From: Mobula hypostoma
Taxonomy: Eukaryota
Reading direction: 5' to 3'
Assembly: GCF_963921235.1 (NCBI RefSeq)
Contig: NC_086108.1
Span: 24,800,001 to 24,864,000 of the forward strand
Length of the DNA: 64,000 nt
The stretch's first letter is position 1. The number at the start of each line of letters is the position of its first letter. The notes under the pieces are model-generated. The model worked only from the letters and a program-made list of their open reading frames with translations, was not told where the DNA came from and did not search any database. The position numbers were made by a program, and so were the translations under genes. Shown here in pieces: positions 1 to 11,707 of the stretch.

Positions 1-19
1 CTGAAGACTTGCTCAAGGT

Positions 20-806
20 TGTTGTCATTGTCATACTTTATTGATCCCGGGGGAAATTGGTTTTCATTACAGTTGCACCATAAATAATAAGTAGTAATAG
101 AACCATAAATAGTTAAATAGTAATATGTAAATTATGCCAGCAAATTATGAAATAAGTCCAGGACCAGCCTATTGGCTCAGGGTGTCTGACCCTCCAAGGG
201 AGGAGTTGTAAAGTTTGATGGCCACAGGCAGGAATGATTTCCTATGACGCTCTGTGTTGCATCTCGGTGGAATGAGTCTCTGGCTGAATGTACTCCTGTG
301 CCCAGCCAGTACATTATGTAGTGGGTGGGAGACATTGACCAAGATGGCATGCAACTTAGATAGCATCCTCTTTTCAGACACCACCGTGAGAGAGTCCAGT
401 TCCATCCCTACAACATCACTGGCCTTACGAATGAGTTTGTTGATTCTGTTGGTGGCTGCTACCCTCAGCCTGCTGCCCCAGCACACAACAGCAAACATGA
501 CAGCACTGGTCACCACAGACTCGTAGAACATCCTCAGCATCGTCCAGCAGATGTTAAAGGACCTCAGTCACCTCAGGAAATAGAGACGGCTCTGTCTCTT
601 CTTGTAGACAGCCTCAGTGTTCTTTGACCAGTCCAGTCAATTCGTATCCCCAGGTATTTGTAATCCTCCACCATGTCCACACTGACCCCTTGGATAGAAA
701 CAGGGGTCACCAGTACCTTAGCTCTCCTCAGGTCCACCACCAGCTCCTTAGTCTTTTTCACATTAAGCTGCAGATAATTCTGCTCACACCATGTGACAAA
801 GTTTCC
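20..806 (-). mobile_element. Rex1/Babar-type non-LTR retrotransposon, 5'-truncated 3' part
   Basis: ORFs 573-914 (NFVTWCEQNYLQLNVKKTKELVVDLRR...YKYLG) and 169-540 (FYESVV...SHPLH...RKSFLPVAIKLYN) match the RT thumb and C-terminus of Rex1-like LINEs. Nearly identical to the copy at 14664-16300. Confidence 0.85.
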
Positions 807-807
807 A

Positions 808-1270
808 GATCTAAGTGTTGGAAGTACTTTCAGAGGATGCCCTGAGGTAAGTTTTGAAAAATTCAGCGCAATCATGCTGCCTAAGCTTTGAGAGGTGAAA
901 CAGTTTGGGTACATATTCCTTTGGAATTCAGATGAATTAAAGATGACCCTTATTCAAACATATCGGATCCTAAGGGAGTTTAATAGGGTAGATGCTACTA
1001 CTGAGAGAGTCACGAACAAGAGGAAACAGCTGCAAAATCAGCGGTTGGTTATTCCAAATGCAGGTCCTTCTTTCAGAGTGATGAAAGCCAGGTCATTAGA
1101 TATATTTAATGTGGAGATGAATAAATGTTTAAAACTGTGGAATTGAGGATGATAGGGAACTAACATAGAAAAGCGCTTGTGACAGGAATAGATCAGTGAT
1201 TATTATATTGAATGGTGGGGTAGGGTTGAAGGGTCTAATAGCATACACCTTATCTTTTTACCTTGTGTTC
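808..1270 (+). mobile_element. Highly degenerate CR1 LINE 3' fragment
   Basis: ORF 895-1146 (LIQTYRILREFNRVD...KARSLDIFNVEMNKCL) resembles the CR1 ORF2 C-terminus seen in better copies in this window, and a CR1-like 3'UTR follows. Confidence 0.6.
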
Positions 1271-1479
1271 TATTCAAAAATTGAAAATATAACTAAGCAG
1301 CAACAAAACTATCAGGTATCATCAAAATTATCCCATAAAATGCCATTTTTTTCTCCCAAAGGTCATTGACTTCAATAGGCGTGAGTGCCCTTCAAAGCAT
1401 CAAACACTTACATTAACATCGTGCCTTTCATTTCTATTTTATGTTCTTCCAATAAAATATACTGCCAACTGTTCCATTG

Positions 1480-1800
1480 TGGTCAGTTGTAATGTGGGAA
1501 GTAAGTTCCCACAAAGATCGATATATTTAAGACCATTTATTTGATATTATGCTGTTGATAGAGAAACAAATGCATGACTTGCAAGGATAATTGCTGTGGT
1601 TTTCTATGAAATAATGTCACAGCATTATGAGCATCTGTGTGAGGGAGGAGAGTGGCCAACTTATCCTACCTGAAAGATAAGTTTTCTAATTATGCTGCAC
1701 TTACTTAAATGTGGTTTATTCAACCCGAATAATGACACCACTTCTCTTCAGTGGGTTTGAACACGTGCACCTTCCAACAAGGCAAATGAGCTCCAGCCAA
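1480..1800 (-). mobile_element. Possible old Deu-domain SINE relic
   Basis: Scattered blocks in the expected order (gttgtaatgtgggaa, ttcccacaaa, cctgaaaga, tgctgcact, gtgggtttgaac) resemble the reverse strand of shark Deu-type SINEs. Recognised by eye only and very decayed. Confidence 0.35.
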
Positions 1801-1875
1801 ACATGTACACCCAATAGCAGGGCAATTCACTTATGATAATGGGCTGTGAATATGTCATCACTCATGGGGGACATC

Positions 1876-2075
1876 ACTGACTGGTGTAGTGGCATCCACA
1901 CTGGACTTCAAGGCGAATGGTCCCAGGTTCGACTTGAAGGCCAGATCCTTGCACGTTTTCCGTGCATGCTGGCTTGAGCACCCAGCTAGCAACTTGGCCT
2001 CTTAAAAAGCAGACAAATGCTGAAGAAATTACAAGGTTGCCGCCCAATGTACCACAAGATGAGCAGTGGAACACC
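1876..2075 (+). mobile_element. tRNA-derived SINE
   Basis: A-box-like TGGTGTAGTGG and B-box-like GGTTCGACT. The head is similar to the SINEs at 30376 and 49982. Confidence 0.7.
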
Positions 2076-4334
2076 ACATGGAGGACATAATAGAATTACC
2101 ACTATCACCTTGTTGGATATTTCCTGCCCTAAAGTCATTTGAATGTTTAACTTGCAGCTTTTTAAAATTGCTGATAAATTCTGGTATATATTTACTGCAA
2201 GCAGCTATGTTAATAGCAGAATGCTCACATTTCCAACATCAACATCAGAATCAAATTGAGTAAACAGTTTCAATAAGTTGATGTTCCTCAATACAATAAA
2301 GCCTTTTTTTGCTGCCAGAGTTTTATATTCTATTGTCCAAGATATGTGTAACTGTTTGTTCTTTATTGATGAAAGTAAAAAAAAAATCTGCAGATACCAA
2401 AAATCTGAAATAAAAATAAAAAGCAAATACTGGAAGTACTTGGTAAATCATATAACATGTGGAAATAAAAATAATGTTAATGTTGTAGGTCTAGGATCTT
2501 TGTACTGACAAAAGACAAGTGTTTTTTTTACCTGAAACATTAACTATTTCTCTCTCTACCAATATTGTATAGGTTGCTGAGTGTTTACAACATTTTGCTT
2601 TTGTTTCAGATTGCCAACATCTACACTTTTTTTTGATAATGTTTACTATTGCTCACAAATACTCTTCTGAGTATATTTTTCTTCACTCTCAAATAAGAAA
2701 TTTTAAAGCAAAGTTTCCAATTTATGGCAAACTTGTTTATAACAGGCAATTTAGATAATAGTCTGCAATGACTAATGACATTTTCCACTTGGAATCCATT
2801 TATAACATTACAAAACTTTCTCAGCAAGAGATCCAAACTGCTGTCACAGCTTGAAATGCTTCCTAAATCTAAACTTATCTCAGAATGTTGTCGCAAACAC
2901 CAAATAGCAGAGAACAGAACGAAGAAGATCAGCTTCAAAATGTGCGCTCCTTAGAACACAATGTTAAAAAAATTCAAGTCAACAACAGGGCAAAAGATGA
3001 GCTCTCCAGAAACTGCAAGAAACCCCACAATTTAAGGTGCATTTCAGGATAAATCAGTACTTTGATGAGAGATCACATATGCAGAAAAAAATACAAAGTC
3101 CTGATACGTAATGGGCAATAAACATCAATTCTATTGGAAATGACTGGATTCAAAGCAAGAGCAGACATCAGCATTCATTTCATTGTAATTGCCAGCTAGA
3201 GATATCTCTTTGTTTTTAATCGTTCTTCAAATAGTATTATAAATCTATAATATCTAACTGCTTTGAAATTAAAAATGCAACAATATGCATAGATAGCTAA
3301 TCTTCCGATGATGTTTGAGATTTCATAATCTACATTTTGAAGAATTGGTACTAACAAGTTTAAAATGCCTATTTGACTTACTTGATCTTCATTCATATTA
3401 ATCCTGCAATCCAAGCTTTCTGCTATACTATTGCAAAGGAAATTCAATGAATAGCACAATGTAAAATAAGCCTTTCGTGTGGAAATATGAAAAAAACTGT
3501 TCATGGAGAAGAAGTTATTTTAAACATTTGGTAAAGAGCACCAGATTGATTGACCTGATGTAAAAAAAATCATTTAGTTCCCCCAGTGGTTTCTGTGCAA
3601 TTGCAATAGCCATTTTCAGTTTGTGTCAAATTAAATTTCTTGCCTATAGTGAAGCAGCAGTAGCGGGGATAATAATGAGTACCAACAGCTCAAGCAGAAC
3701 TGTTATGAGAAAACAACATAGTGTGTCTTTGTGCTTGAGCATGTGTGTACATACAGTACTTGTTTCTTTACGTTACTAATGAAAAGCACAAACGTTTGCT
3801 TTGGGCGTGCTGCTTCTACAGTACAGTATGTTTCCAATTTTGCACTCAAGTTAGGATAATCACATTGGTCATCTGATGAAGCATGTCAACACAGCTACAG
3901 TAAAACCTCAGAGGACTAGTCTCAGAAGATTCTAAACAAACAAGAAAAATAATGCCCCAAATCTAAAAATTCTAGCAAAATAATTGTTCACTAGAAATTA
4001 TAAACCACAGTCTATCGGCAATCCCCAAAATAATTAATGTGACTTCCCCACTTATTCACCAAGTTGCACTGTGGTCAATCTTTGGATGAACAACGCATGA
4101 CACTTTATGAATACATAAAACAAAATTAGCCCTGGGAAATGACCATCAGATATCCTGGCTCAACATCATTACCAGTCTGAGGGAGCTGGCACCTGTCAGA
4201 CCAATGTCTGAAACTCCCCTGATCAAAGATGCAAACTTGTGTGACTTTCTTTCCAGGGTGCTAAGGTAATAAATCAGTTGACTGTGTCTCTTAGTTCTGA
4301 AGCAATTGAGTCTGAAAGGCAACATATCAAGAAG

Positions 4335-7300
4335 AATGTGTGGCTAAGTAACTGGTGCAGGGGCAGGGTTTCAAATTCTTGAATCATTGGGATCTATTTT
4401 GGGGAAGGTATGACTTGTACAAAAAAGATGGATTACACCTGAACTCAAAAGGTACTAATATCCTAGCGGGATTGTTTAATATAGCTGTTAGGGAAGGTTT
4501 AAACTAAGTTGGCAAGGGGAAGGAGACCAAGGTGTTAAGATCGAGGAAGAGGAAAATAGAAATAAGTCAAAAATACTGTGCAGCAAAGATGGTAAGAAGG
4601 ACAGGCCAGTGAATATACAGGATAATTTGCTGCAAAATAGATATATAGCACAAGTGGCAACAGGTACCGATCTAAATGTACTGTACTTAAACGCACACAG
4701 CATTAGAAATAAAGTGGATGACCTTGCTGCACAGCTGCAGGTTAAAAGATATGACATTGTGGCCATCACCGAGTCATGGCTAAATGATGGATGTGATTGG
4801 GAGCTGAATATCCCAGGATACACAGTGTACAGGAAGGATAGGAAGGTAGGTAAAGGGGGTGGCGTGGCCCTGATGGTGAGTAACGATATCAAATCAATAG
4901 AAAGAAGAGACATAGGATCAGAAGAGGTAGAATCCTTATGGGTAGAATTAAGAAATGGCAAGGGTAAAAAGACACTAATAGCAGTTATATACAGGCCTCC
5001 AAACAGCAGTCGGGATGTAGACTACAAGTTGCAGCTGGAAATAGAAAAAGCGTGTCAGAAGGACAATATCAAGATAATTATGGGGGATTTTAATATGAAA
5101 ATGGATTGGGAAAGTCAGGAAGGTAATGGATCTCAGGAGAGGGAGTTTGTAGAATGCCTACAGGATGGCTTTTTGGAGCAACTTGTCCAGAAGCCCACCA
5201 GGGGACCGGCTGTTTTGGATTGGGTGCTGTGTAATGAACCTGAGGCGATTAGGGAGCTGGAGGTAAAGGAACCTCTTGGAAGTAGTGATCATAATGATTG
5301 AGTTCAGTTTCAAATTTGAAAAGGAGAAGCTGTTATCAGGTGTATCTATATTTCAGTGGAACAGGTGAAATTACAGTGGTATGAGAGAGGAATTGGCCCA
5401 AGTCAATTGGAAAAGTAAACTAAATGGAGGGACGGCAGAGCAGAATTGGATGAAATTCCTACAAGAAATAAGGAAAATGCAGGAAAAATATATTCCAAGA
5501 AAAAAGAAAATCATGAATGGAAAAATGGCACAAATGTGGCTAACGAGAGAGGTTAAGGCAAAAATAAAAGCAAAAGAAACGGCGTACAAGGAAGCAAAAA
5601 TTAGTGGGAAAAATGAGGACTGGAAGACCTTTAAAAACTTACAGAAAGAAACTAAGAAAGTCATTAGGGAAGAAAAGATGAATTATGAAAGGAAGTTGGC
5701 GATTAACGTAAAAAAGGATACTAAGAGCTTTTTTAAATATATGAAGAGTAAGAGAGTGACAAGGGTAGATATGGGACCAATTGAAAATGATGCTGGAGTA
5801 ATTATAATGGATAACAAAGAGATGGCGGAGGAACTGAATGAGTATTTTGCATCAGTCTTCACAGTGGGAGACATGAGCAATATACCTGATAGCCAGAGGT
5901 ATCAGGGAATAGAATTAGGTACAGTCAAGATTACTAGAGAGAAAGTGCTTGGGAAGCTAAGTGGACTAAGAATAGATAAGTCTCCCGGCCCGGATGAGGT
6001 GCACCCAAGGGTTCTGAAGGAGGTGGCTTTGGAGATTGTGGAAGCATTGGAAATGATCTTCCAGGAATCAATAGACTCTGGCATGGTTCCGGAGGACTGG
6101 AAGGTCACAAATGTAGTTCTGTTATTTAAGAAAGGAAGGAGGCAGCAAAAAGAAAATTACAGACCTATTAGTCTGACATCGGTGGTTGGAAAGATATTGG
6201 AGTCAATCCTCAAGGACGAGGTTATGAAATACCTCGAGGTGCATGACAAGACAGGCCGAAGCCAGCATGGTTTCACGAAGGGAAGATCCTGCCTTACCAA
6301 CTTATTGGAATTTTTTGAGGTAATCTCTAATAAGATTGACAAGGGAGAGGCTGTGGATGTTGTGTATTTGGATTTTCAAAAGGCCTTCGATAAGGTGCCG
6401 CATATGAGGCTGCTTAATAAGATGAGAGCCCATGGAATAATAGGAAAGATATTGAAATGGGTGGAGCAATGGCTGATAGGCAGAAAGCAAAGGGTGGGAA
6501 TAAAGGGATCCTATTCTGATTGGTTGCCGGTTACTAGTGGTGTTCCGCAGGGGTCGGTGTTGAGGCCGCTTCTTTTTACGATGTATATCGATGATTTGGA
6601 TTATGGATTAAATTATTTTGTGGCCAAGTTTGCGGATGACACCAAGATAGGTGGAGGAGCAGGAAATGTTGAAGAAACGGAAAGGTTGCAGAGAGACTTA
6701 GTCAGTTTAGGAGAGTGGGCAAAGAAATGGCAGATGAGATACAACGTTGACAAATGTACGGTTGTACATTTCGGAAGAAGAAATAATCGGGCAGATTATT
6801 AATAAGATGGGGAGAAAATTCAAAAATCGGAAGTGCAAAGGGACTTGGGGGTCCTCATGCAGGATACCCTAAAGGTTAACCACCAAGTTGGATTGGCGGT
6901 AAGGAAAGCGAATGCTATGTTGGCATTCATTTCAAGAGGAATAGTGTATAAGAGTAAGGAGGTGTTGATGAGGCTCTATGGGGAATTAGTGAGACCTCAT
7001 TTGGAATACTGTGTGCAGTTTTGGGCCCCCTATCTTAGAAGGGATATACTGACGTTGGAGAGAGTTCAGAGAAGATTTACGAGGATGATTCCTGGAATGC
7101 AGGGGCTAACATATGAGAAGCGTCTGTCGGCTCTTGGATTGTATTCATTAGAGTATAGAAGAATGAGAGGGGATCTCATAGAAACGTTTCGAATGTTGAA
7201 AGGGTTGGACAGAGTAGATGTGGAAAGGTTGTTTCCCTTGGTGGGTGAGTCCAGACCAAGAGGCCATAGTCTTAGAAGTAGAGGGTACCCAGTTAAAACA

Positions 7301-7560
7301 GAGATGAGGAGAATTTTTTTTAGCCAGAGGGTTGTGGATTTGTGGAATTCGTTGCCACATATGGCTGTGGAGGCCCGATCATTGAGGGTGTTTAAGGAGG
7401 AGATTGACAGGTATCTAATTAGTCAGGGTATCAAAGGATATGGGGAAAAAGCCAGAAATTGGAACTAGATGGGTTAATAGTTTAGCTCATGGGGGAGCTG
7501 CGGAGCAGACTCGATGGGCCGAATGGCCTACTTCTGCTCCTTTGTCTTGTCTTGTCTTGT
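4335..7560 (+). mobile_element. CR1 LINE, 5'-truncated within ORF1, with near-complete ORF2
   Basis: End of esterase-like ORF1 (WCRGQGFKFLNHWDLFWGRYDLYKKDGLHLN, stop at about 4506), then ORF2, 3'UTR and a (CTTGT)n tail at 7546-7560. Confidence 0.95.
4609..7468 (+). pseudogene. CR1 ORF2 (APE endonuclease + reverse transcriptase), disrupted
   Basis: APE motifs YLNAHS, ITESWL, GGGVAL, YRPP, MGDFN, SDH (4609-5301). RT motifs YRPISLTS, YLDFQKAFDKV, GVPQGSVL, KFADD (5381-6802). C-terminus at 6833-7468. Broken near 5300-5370 and by a stop at about 6800. Confidence 0.93.
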
Positions 7561-7658
7561 GAAGTCCTTGAAAATGAGCTTTGTTATTCAACTGAAATGC
7601 AAGACTAGGAATTCATAGCTGCCTATGTTACAGACAAAAGGATGAGCACACACTTTTA

Positions 7659-8211
7659 CAGTACTGGGCAAAAGTCTTAGGCACATATATATAGCTAGGG
7701 TGGTTACGACTTTTGCAGAGTACTGTATTTGCCAATGTGGAGTGCAGAGCCAGTTGGTAAATCTGGTAGGGGCAGGGGCAGAAGATGTTGGGAATGGTGA
7801 GAGTGGAGCGCCACGGGAGGGGTGTGGGACAAGTGGCAGAGAATGAGTGCCAGGACAGAGGGTAGCACAAGTGCAGAAATACCCAGCCCCGACACAACAG
7901 ATGAGGTTGGTTGATTCCAAACAATTGGTTTATCGATCATTACAGAATGTCTCTCTGGTACTTCCTGTTCCCTCTCCTCTCCCTTCCCTTTTTCCCAGCC
8001 GTGATTTCCGTCTCCTGACCCCCTTCCCACTCTCAGTTCACAATGGAGACCCATGTCAGAATCAGGTTTATTATCATTTGCTTGGCATGAAACTTGATTT
8101 TTTGGTGGCAGCAGTATAGTGCAATACATAAAATGACTATAGTGCCAAGCAAACATCTTAGGCACCCTCGCTATATATTGTATAAGTGCCTAAGACTTTT
8201 GCACAGTACTG
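7659..8211. mobile_element. Non-autonomous Tc1/mariner-like element bounded by two inverted ~70-bp hairpin modules
   Basis: TA-CAGTACTGGGCAAAAGTCTTAGGCAC (7659-7684) and GTGCCTAAGACTTTTGCACAGTACTG-TA (8186-8211) form a 26-bp inverted repeat with one mismatch, flanked by TA. Inner copies lie at 7700-7725 and 8140-8165. Confidence 0.75.
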
Positions 8212-8369
8212 TATATATGATAACAATGACTATGCCAATATGTTAAAGGCAACAATGTCAATGCTTCCATCCAGTGCAACTATTTTACTCCATAGTATTT
8301 TAGGGGACAGCTATCAGATTGTTCTGATATTAAACACAGCACAAAAGTGGAGATCCATTCTTCTTCAAG

Positions 8370-9210
8370 GCAATCTCAGGATTCCGACACCTCCAACAGG
8401 ATCCCACCACAAGCACATCTTTCCCTCTTACCCTCCAACTTTCCCTAAATGACTCCCTTGTCCATTTGTCCCTCCCCACTGTTCTCCCTCCTGGCACATC
8501 CTTGCAAGCAGAACAAGTACTACACCTGCCCCTGAACCTCCTCCCTCACTACCATTCAGGACCCTAAACAGACCTTCTAGGTGAGGCGACACTTCACCTG
8601 TGAACCTGTTAGGGTCATTTACTGTGTTTGGTGCTCCCAGTGTGGCCTCCTGTACACCAGTAAGACCCAACATTGATTATGAGACCGCTTTGCTGAGCAT
8701 CTATGTTCCGTCTCCCAGAACAAGCAGCATTTCCCAGTGGCCATCCATTTTAATTCCACTTCCCATTCCCATATGTCTATCCATGGCCTTCTCCACTGTC
8801 GTGATGAGGCCACAGTTAGGTTGAAGGAACAATTCCTTATATTCCGTTTGGATAGCCTCCAACCTGATGACACAAACATCGATTTCTCAAACTTCCAGTA
8901 ATTCCCACCCCCCACCCCTCATCCTTCTCCATTTTCCATGCCCTTTTCCCTCTCTCACCTTATCTCCTTGGTTCATCCCTCCTTCTCCAGGTTTCACCTA
9001 TTGACTTATTGACTTGTGTTTCTCTCTCCCCTCCCCGAACCTTTTAAATCTACTCCTCAGTTTTTTTTTTCTCTAGTCCTGCTGAAGGGTTTTTGGCCTG
9101 TTGTCGACTGTACTTTTTTCCATAGATGTTGCCTGGCCTGCTGAGTTCCTCCAGCATCTTGTATGTGTTGCTCGCATTTCCAGCATCTGCAGATTTTCTC
9201 TTGTTTGTGA
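8370..9210 (+). mobile_element. Penelope-like element, degenerate 3' part (GIY-YIG region + terminal repeat)
   Basis: Colinear with 54400-55337 (caggatcccaccac...aggtgaggcgacacttcacctgtga...aacatcgatttctcaaacttcc). Terminal repeat with a decayed hammerhead at about 9075-9110. Confidence 0.88.
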
Positions 9211-9658
9211 TTTAGATAAGCCATTCAGCTTAAGTCTATAGTGGAATTTGTGCTGCAGATAGAGGCAGAAGATAAATCCTCGTATTCCTAGGGTACACAA
9301 AGTCCTTGCAGGAAACGCATTTCTAAAGGGAAAACATAGCACTTTTGAAATGATGATAATGGTGCAAAAAAAACAAGGACATCACCAGTGTTGCACAGTA
9401 AAAATGCATCCAACTTAGAATTTACAACGCTTCCTTTCTTTTACTTTCAATTGAAAGGGACCTTACTATTTTACCCCTTATTTTCAGTCTCACAGGTTAC
9501 ATACAATTGCTAGCTTCAAACTGAACACCAACTGTTCAGCAACCCTAACTATCCTATAAACAATCCCCAGATTATCAAAACCTACCATTCATTCAGGAAG
9601 TTGCCACTGGAGGAAGCTAATGTAAATTTCTCCATCAACAGACACTCTGGCTATCAGT

Positions 9659-9761
9659 ATCACACACACAAAATGCTAGAGGAGCTCAGTAGGCCAGGCA
9701 ACATCCGCGGAGAAGAATAAAGAGTTGACATTTTGAGCTGTGATCCTTCATAAGAGTATTG
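9659..9761 (-). mobile_element. Solo Penelope terminal-repeat fragment with target-site duplication
   Basis: acacaaaatgctagaggagctcagtaggccaggcaacatc is the reverse complement of the Penelope 3' repeat. Flanked by ctctggctatcagt (9645-9658) and ctctggctctcagt (9762-9775). Confidence 0.75.
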
Positions 9762-10059
9762 CTCTGGCTCTCAGTGATGAGAGAGTGAATCACGGTTTTG
9801 GTGATTGGCAATTCTGGACTATATTAAGGGTATTGTTTCTTTCAACTCCACTGTTTGAATCCCCAATCTTGCCTGGCACAGTCTGCATGATAAATACTAA
9901 TTATCTTCCCCTGTGCACAGCATTAATCCCTATCCCTCCTTCATGACTTTTTCTAAAAATATAGATGAAGTTACCTCCCTCTTCACAATTTTCAGTTTTT
10001 CTGAAAATGTACTTATTCACTTCTATGCTTGTATCTTTCTTTGTTTTGTATATTTATTT

Positions 10060-10760
10060 TTCTTTACTTCTTACATAGTTCCCTGGGACTGAGGAAATTT
10101 TTTCTTCTGCTCCAGTTTTTTGGGTTTCTGAGGTGACTAATGAGGCTTGTGTGGGAACTAGAGATGAGGCAGGTGGTGACTGTTAAGGCAAGTGAGTTGG
10201 TAGTTTGATGGGCTGTTTGCCCCTGTTGCCACTTTTGCAGGGCATTTGTATACACCCAGTAAAAACCAATAGCTTCTCAATACCATAGCGAATTGTTTCC
10301 TTTGACGCAGGTGTTTCTAAGAATCACAGGGGAAGCTGTATTTCTTCCAGGAAAGTTTTGAGGATATCCTTCAAAATTCACTAACAGGTGAAATTTCACT
10401 AGAATCCTGACCCACCCACAGAACAGACCTATTGGGGTGATGCCATGCAGGTGAGGAAGAATAGTCACTCACCTGTATACAGGTGAGTGAGAATTGTTGT
10501 GGAAGTCTTCAACACAAGGACTCCAGACCTCATGAATTTTCTTACTACTGACAATCCTTCCACAGATGATGAATCAGTGCTCACTTGGAAGCAGCCTGAT
10601 TGTAGCAAGGGTACAGAATCTACTCCGGATGCAGGAAGTTAAAAATCCATCACCAAGGATGGCTTGATAGTATTATCAATAACCAAGTTGGCCAACTCCC
10701 CGAGGACATGGCTGCCAGGCTGTATGGTAGATACTGAGAGAACCAACATGGAGGTGTACC
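10060..10760 (-). mobile_element. Old RTE-clade LINE 3' relic
   Basis: Minus-strand SHTSLISHLRN resembles the RTE C-terminal IGLISHLRTH motif, followed by a (GAA)-like tail. A degenerate FKDILK-type block lies near 10345-10375. Confidence 0.6.
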
Positions 10761-11707
10761 TAATAACTTCATCTTTATCAATTTAGCTGTACAGATACAC
10801 CTGTCTATTGCATCCACCACAGTCACTGTAGAGGTCAAATCCTAGGCTCATGCTATGTTGCACTATAAGAGCCCTGGCAACTCAAAGCTGGGAATCTCTT
10901 CACACTGTACATTGCCACAATCTATAACTTCATACCTTGGAAATCTCCCATTCTTCCACTGTAATCAAATCATTCAACAAAGCATGTAGGAAGGTTTGCT
11001 GAGGAAAACATCAGACGTATGAGAAAATGAGATGCCTATTTAATTAAGCTGCAACACAGGAAGCTTAACTATGAATGTTTAAATGGAAAACTGGGAATGA
11101 TGAAAGAATAACAGCAGGGCTGAGTGATCTTCCAACCTATGGAGGTGAAGCTCTATTTTCATGCCGTACCTGATCATGATTAGGTGTGGAAAATTAAACA
11201 GCACTGTCAGCATCCAAAAACATCCCTATCTTCAGTGAGAGTGAGTTCCAGTGCCTGTATGATAATGACCAATCTGAAACGTTCATAACCACGTCCAGCC
11301 AGAAACTCCATGTGTGTGACCCATTTCAATTTCCTCCTTAAATTCCCACCAACATAGAAACAGCCTTCAGGAAATAAGATTATTCTATGTCGTATCAAAA
11401 TATGGACAATATCACTTGATACAACAAAGATTATGAGACTTAACAACATCCTGGCTGTAGTACTGAACACTTGCATTCCAGAACTAGCTGTGCTTCTAAC
11501 CAAGCTGTACCAGTACAGTTACGATATTGTTTAGACCATAAGAACATAAGACATAGGAGCAGAGCTAGGCCATTCAGCCCGTTCAGTCATGGCTTCCACC
11601 ATTCCATCATGGCTGATCGCGGATCACATTCAACTCCATACACCTGCCTTCTCGCCATATCATTTCATGCCCTGACCAACCAGGAAACTATCAACTTCTT
11701 CCTTAAA

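Noticed and set aside
1493..1513. TGTGGGAA-gtaag-TTCCCACA, resembling paired CSL/RBPJ sites
   Set aside because: The 5-nt spacing does not fit the known paired-site geometry, and the sequence lies in a probable SINE relic.
2884..3036. Possible 153-nt plus-strand exon (MLSQTPNSREQNEEDQLQNVRSLEHNVKK...)
   Set aside because: Weak donor (gtgcat), weak acceptor tract and no recognisable homology.
10075..10179. Apparent 105-nt minus-strand exon (ccttaacag|SPPASSLVPTQASLVTSETQKTGAEEKISSVPGNY|gtaaga)
   Set aside because: Another frame reads SHTSLISHLRN, the RTE C-terminal motif, and the apparent donor is the element's (GAA)-like tail. It is better explained as the 3' end of the RTE relic.
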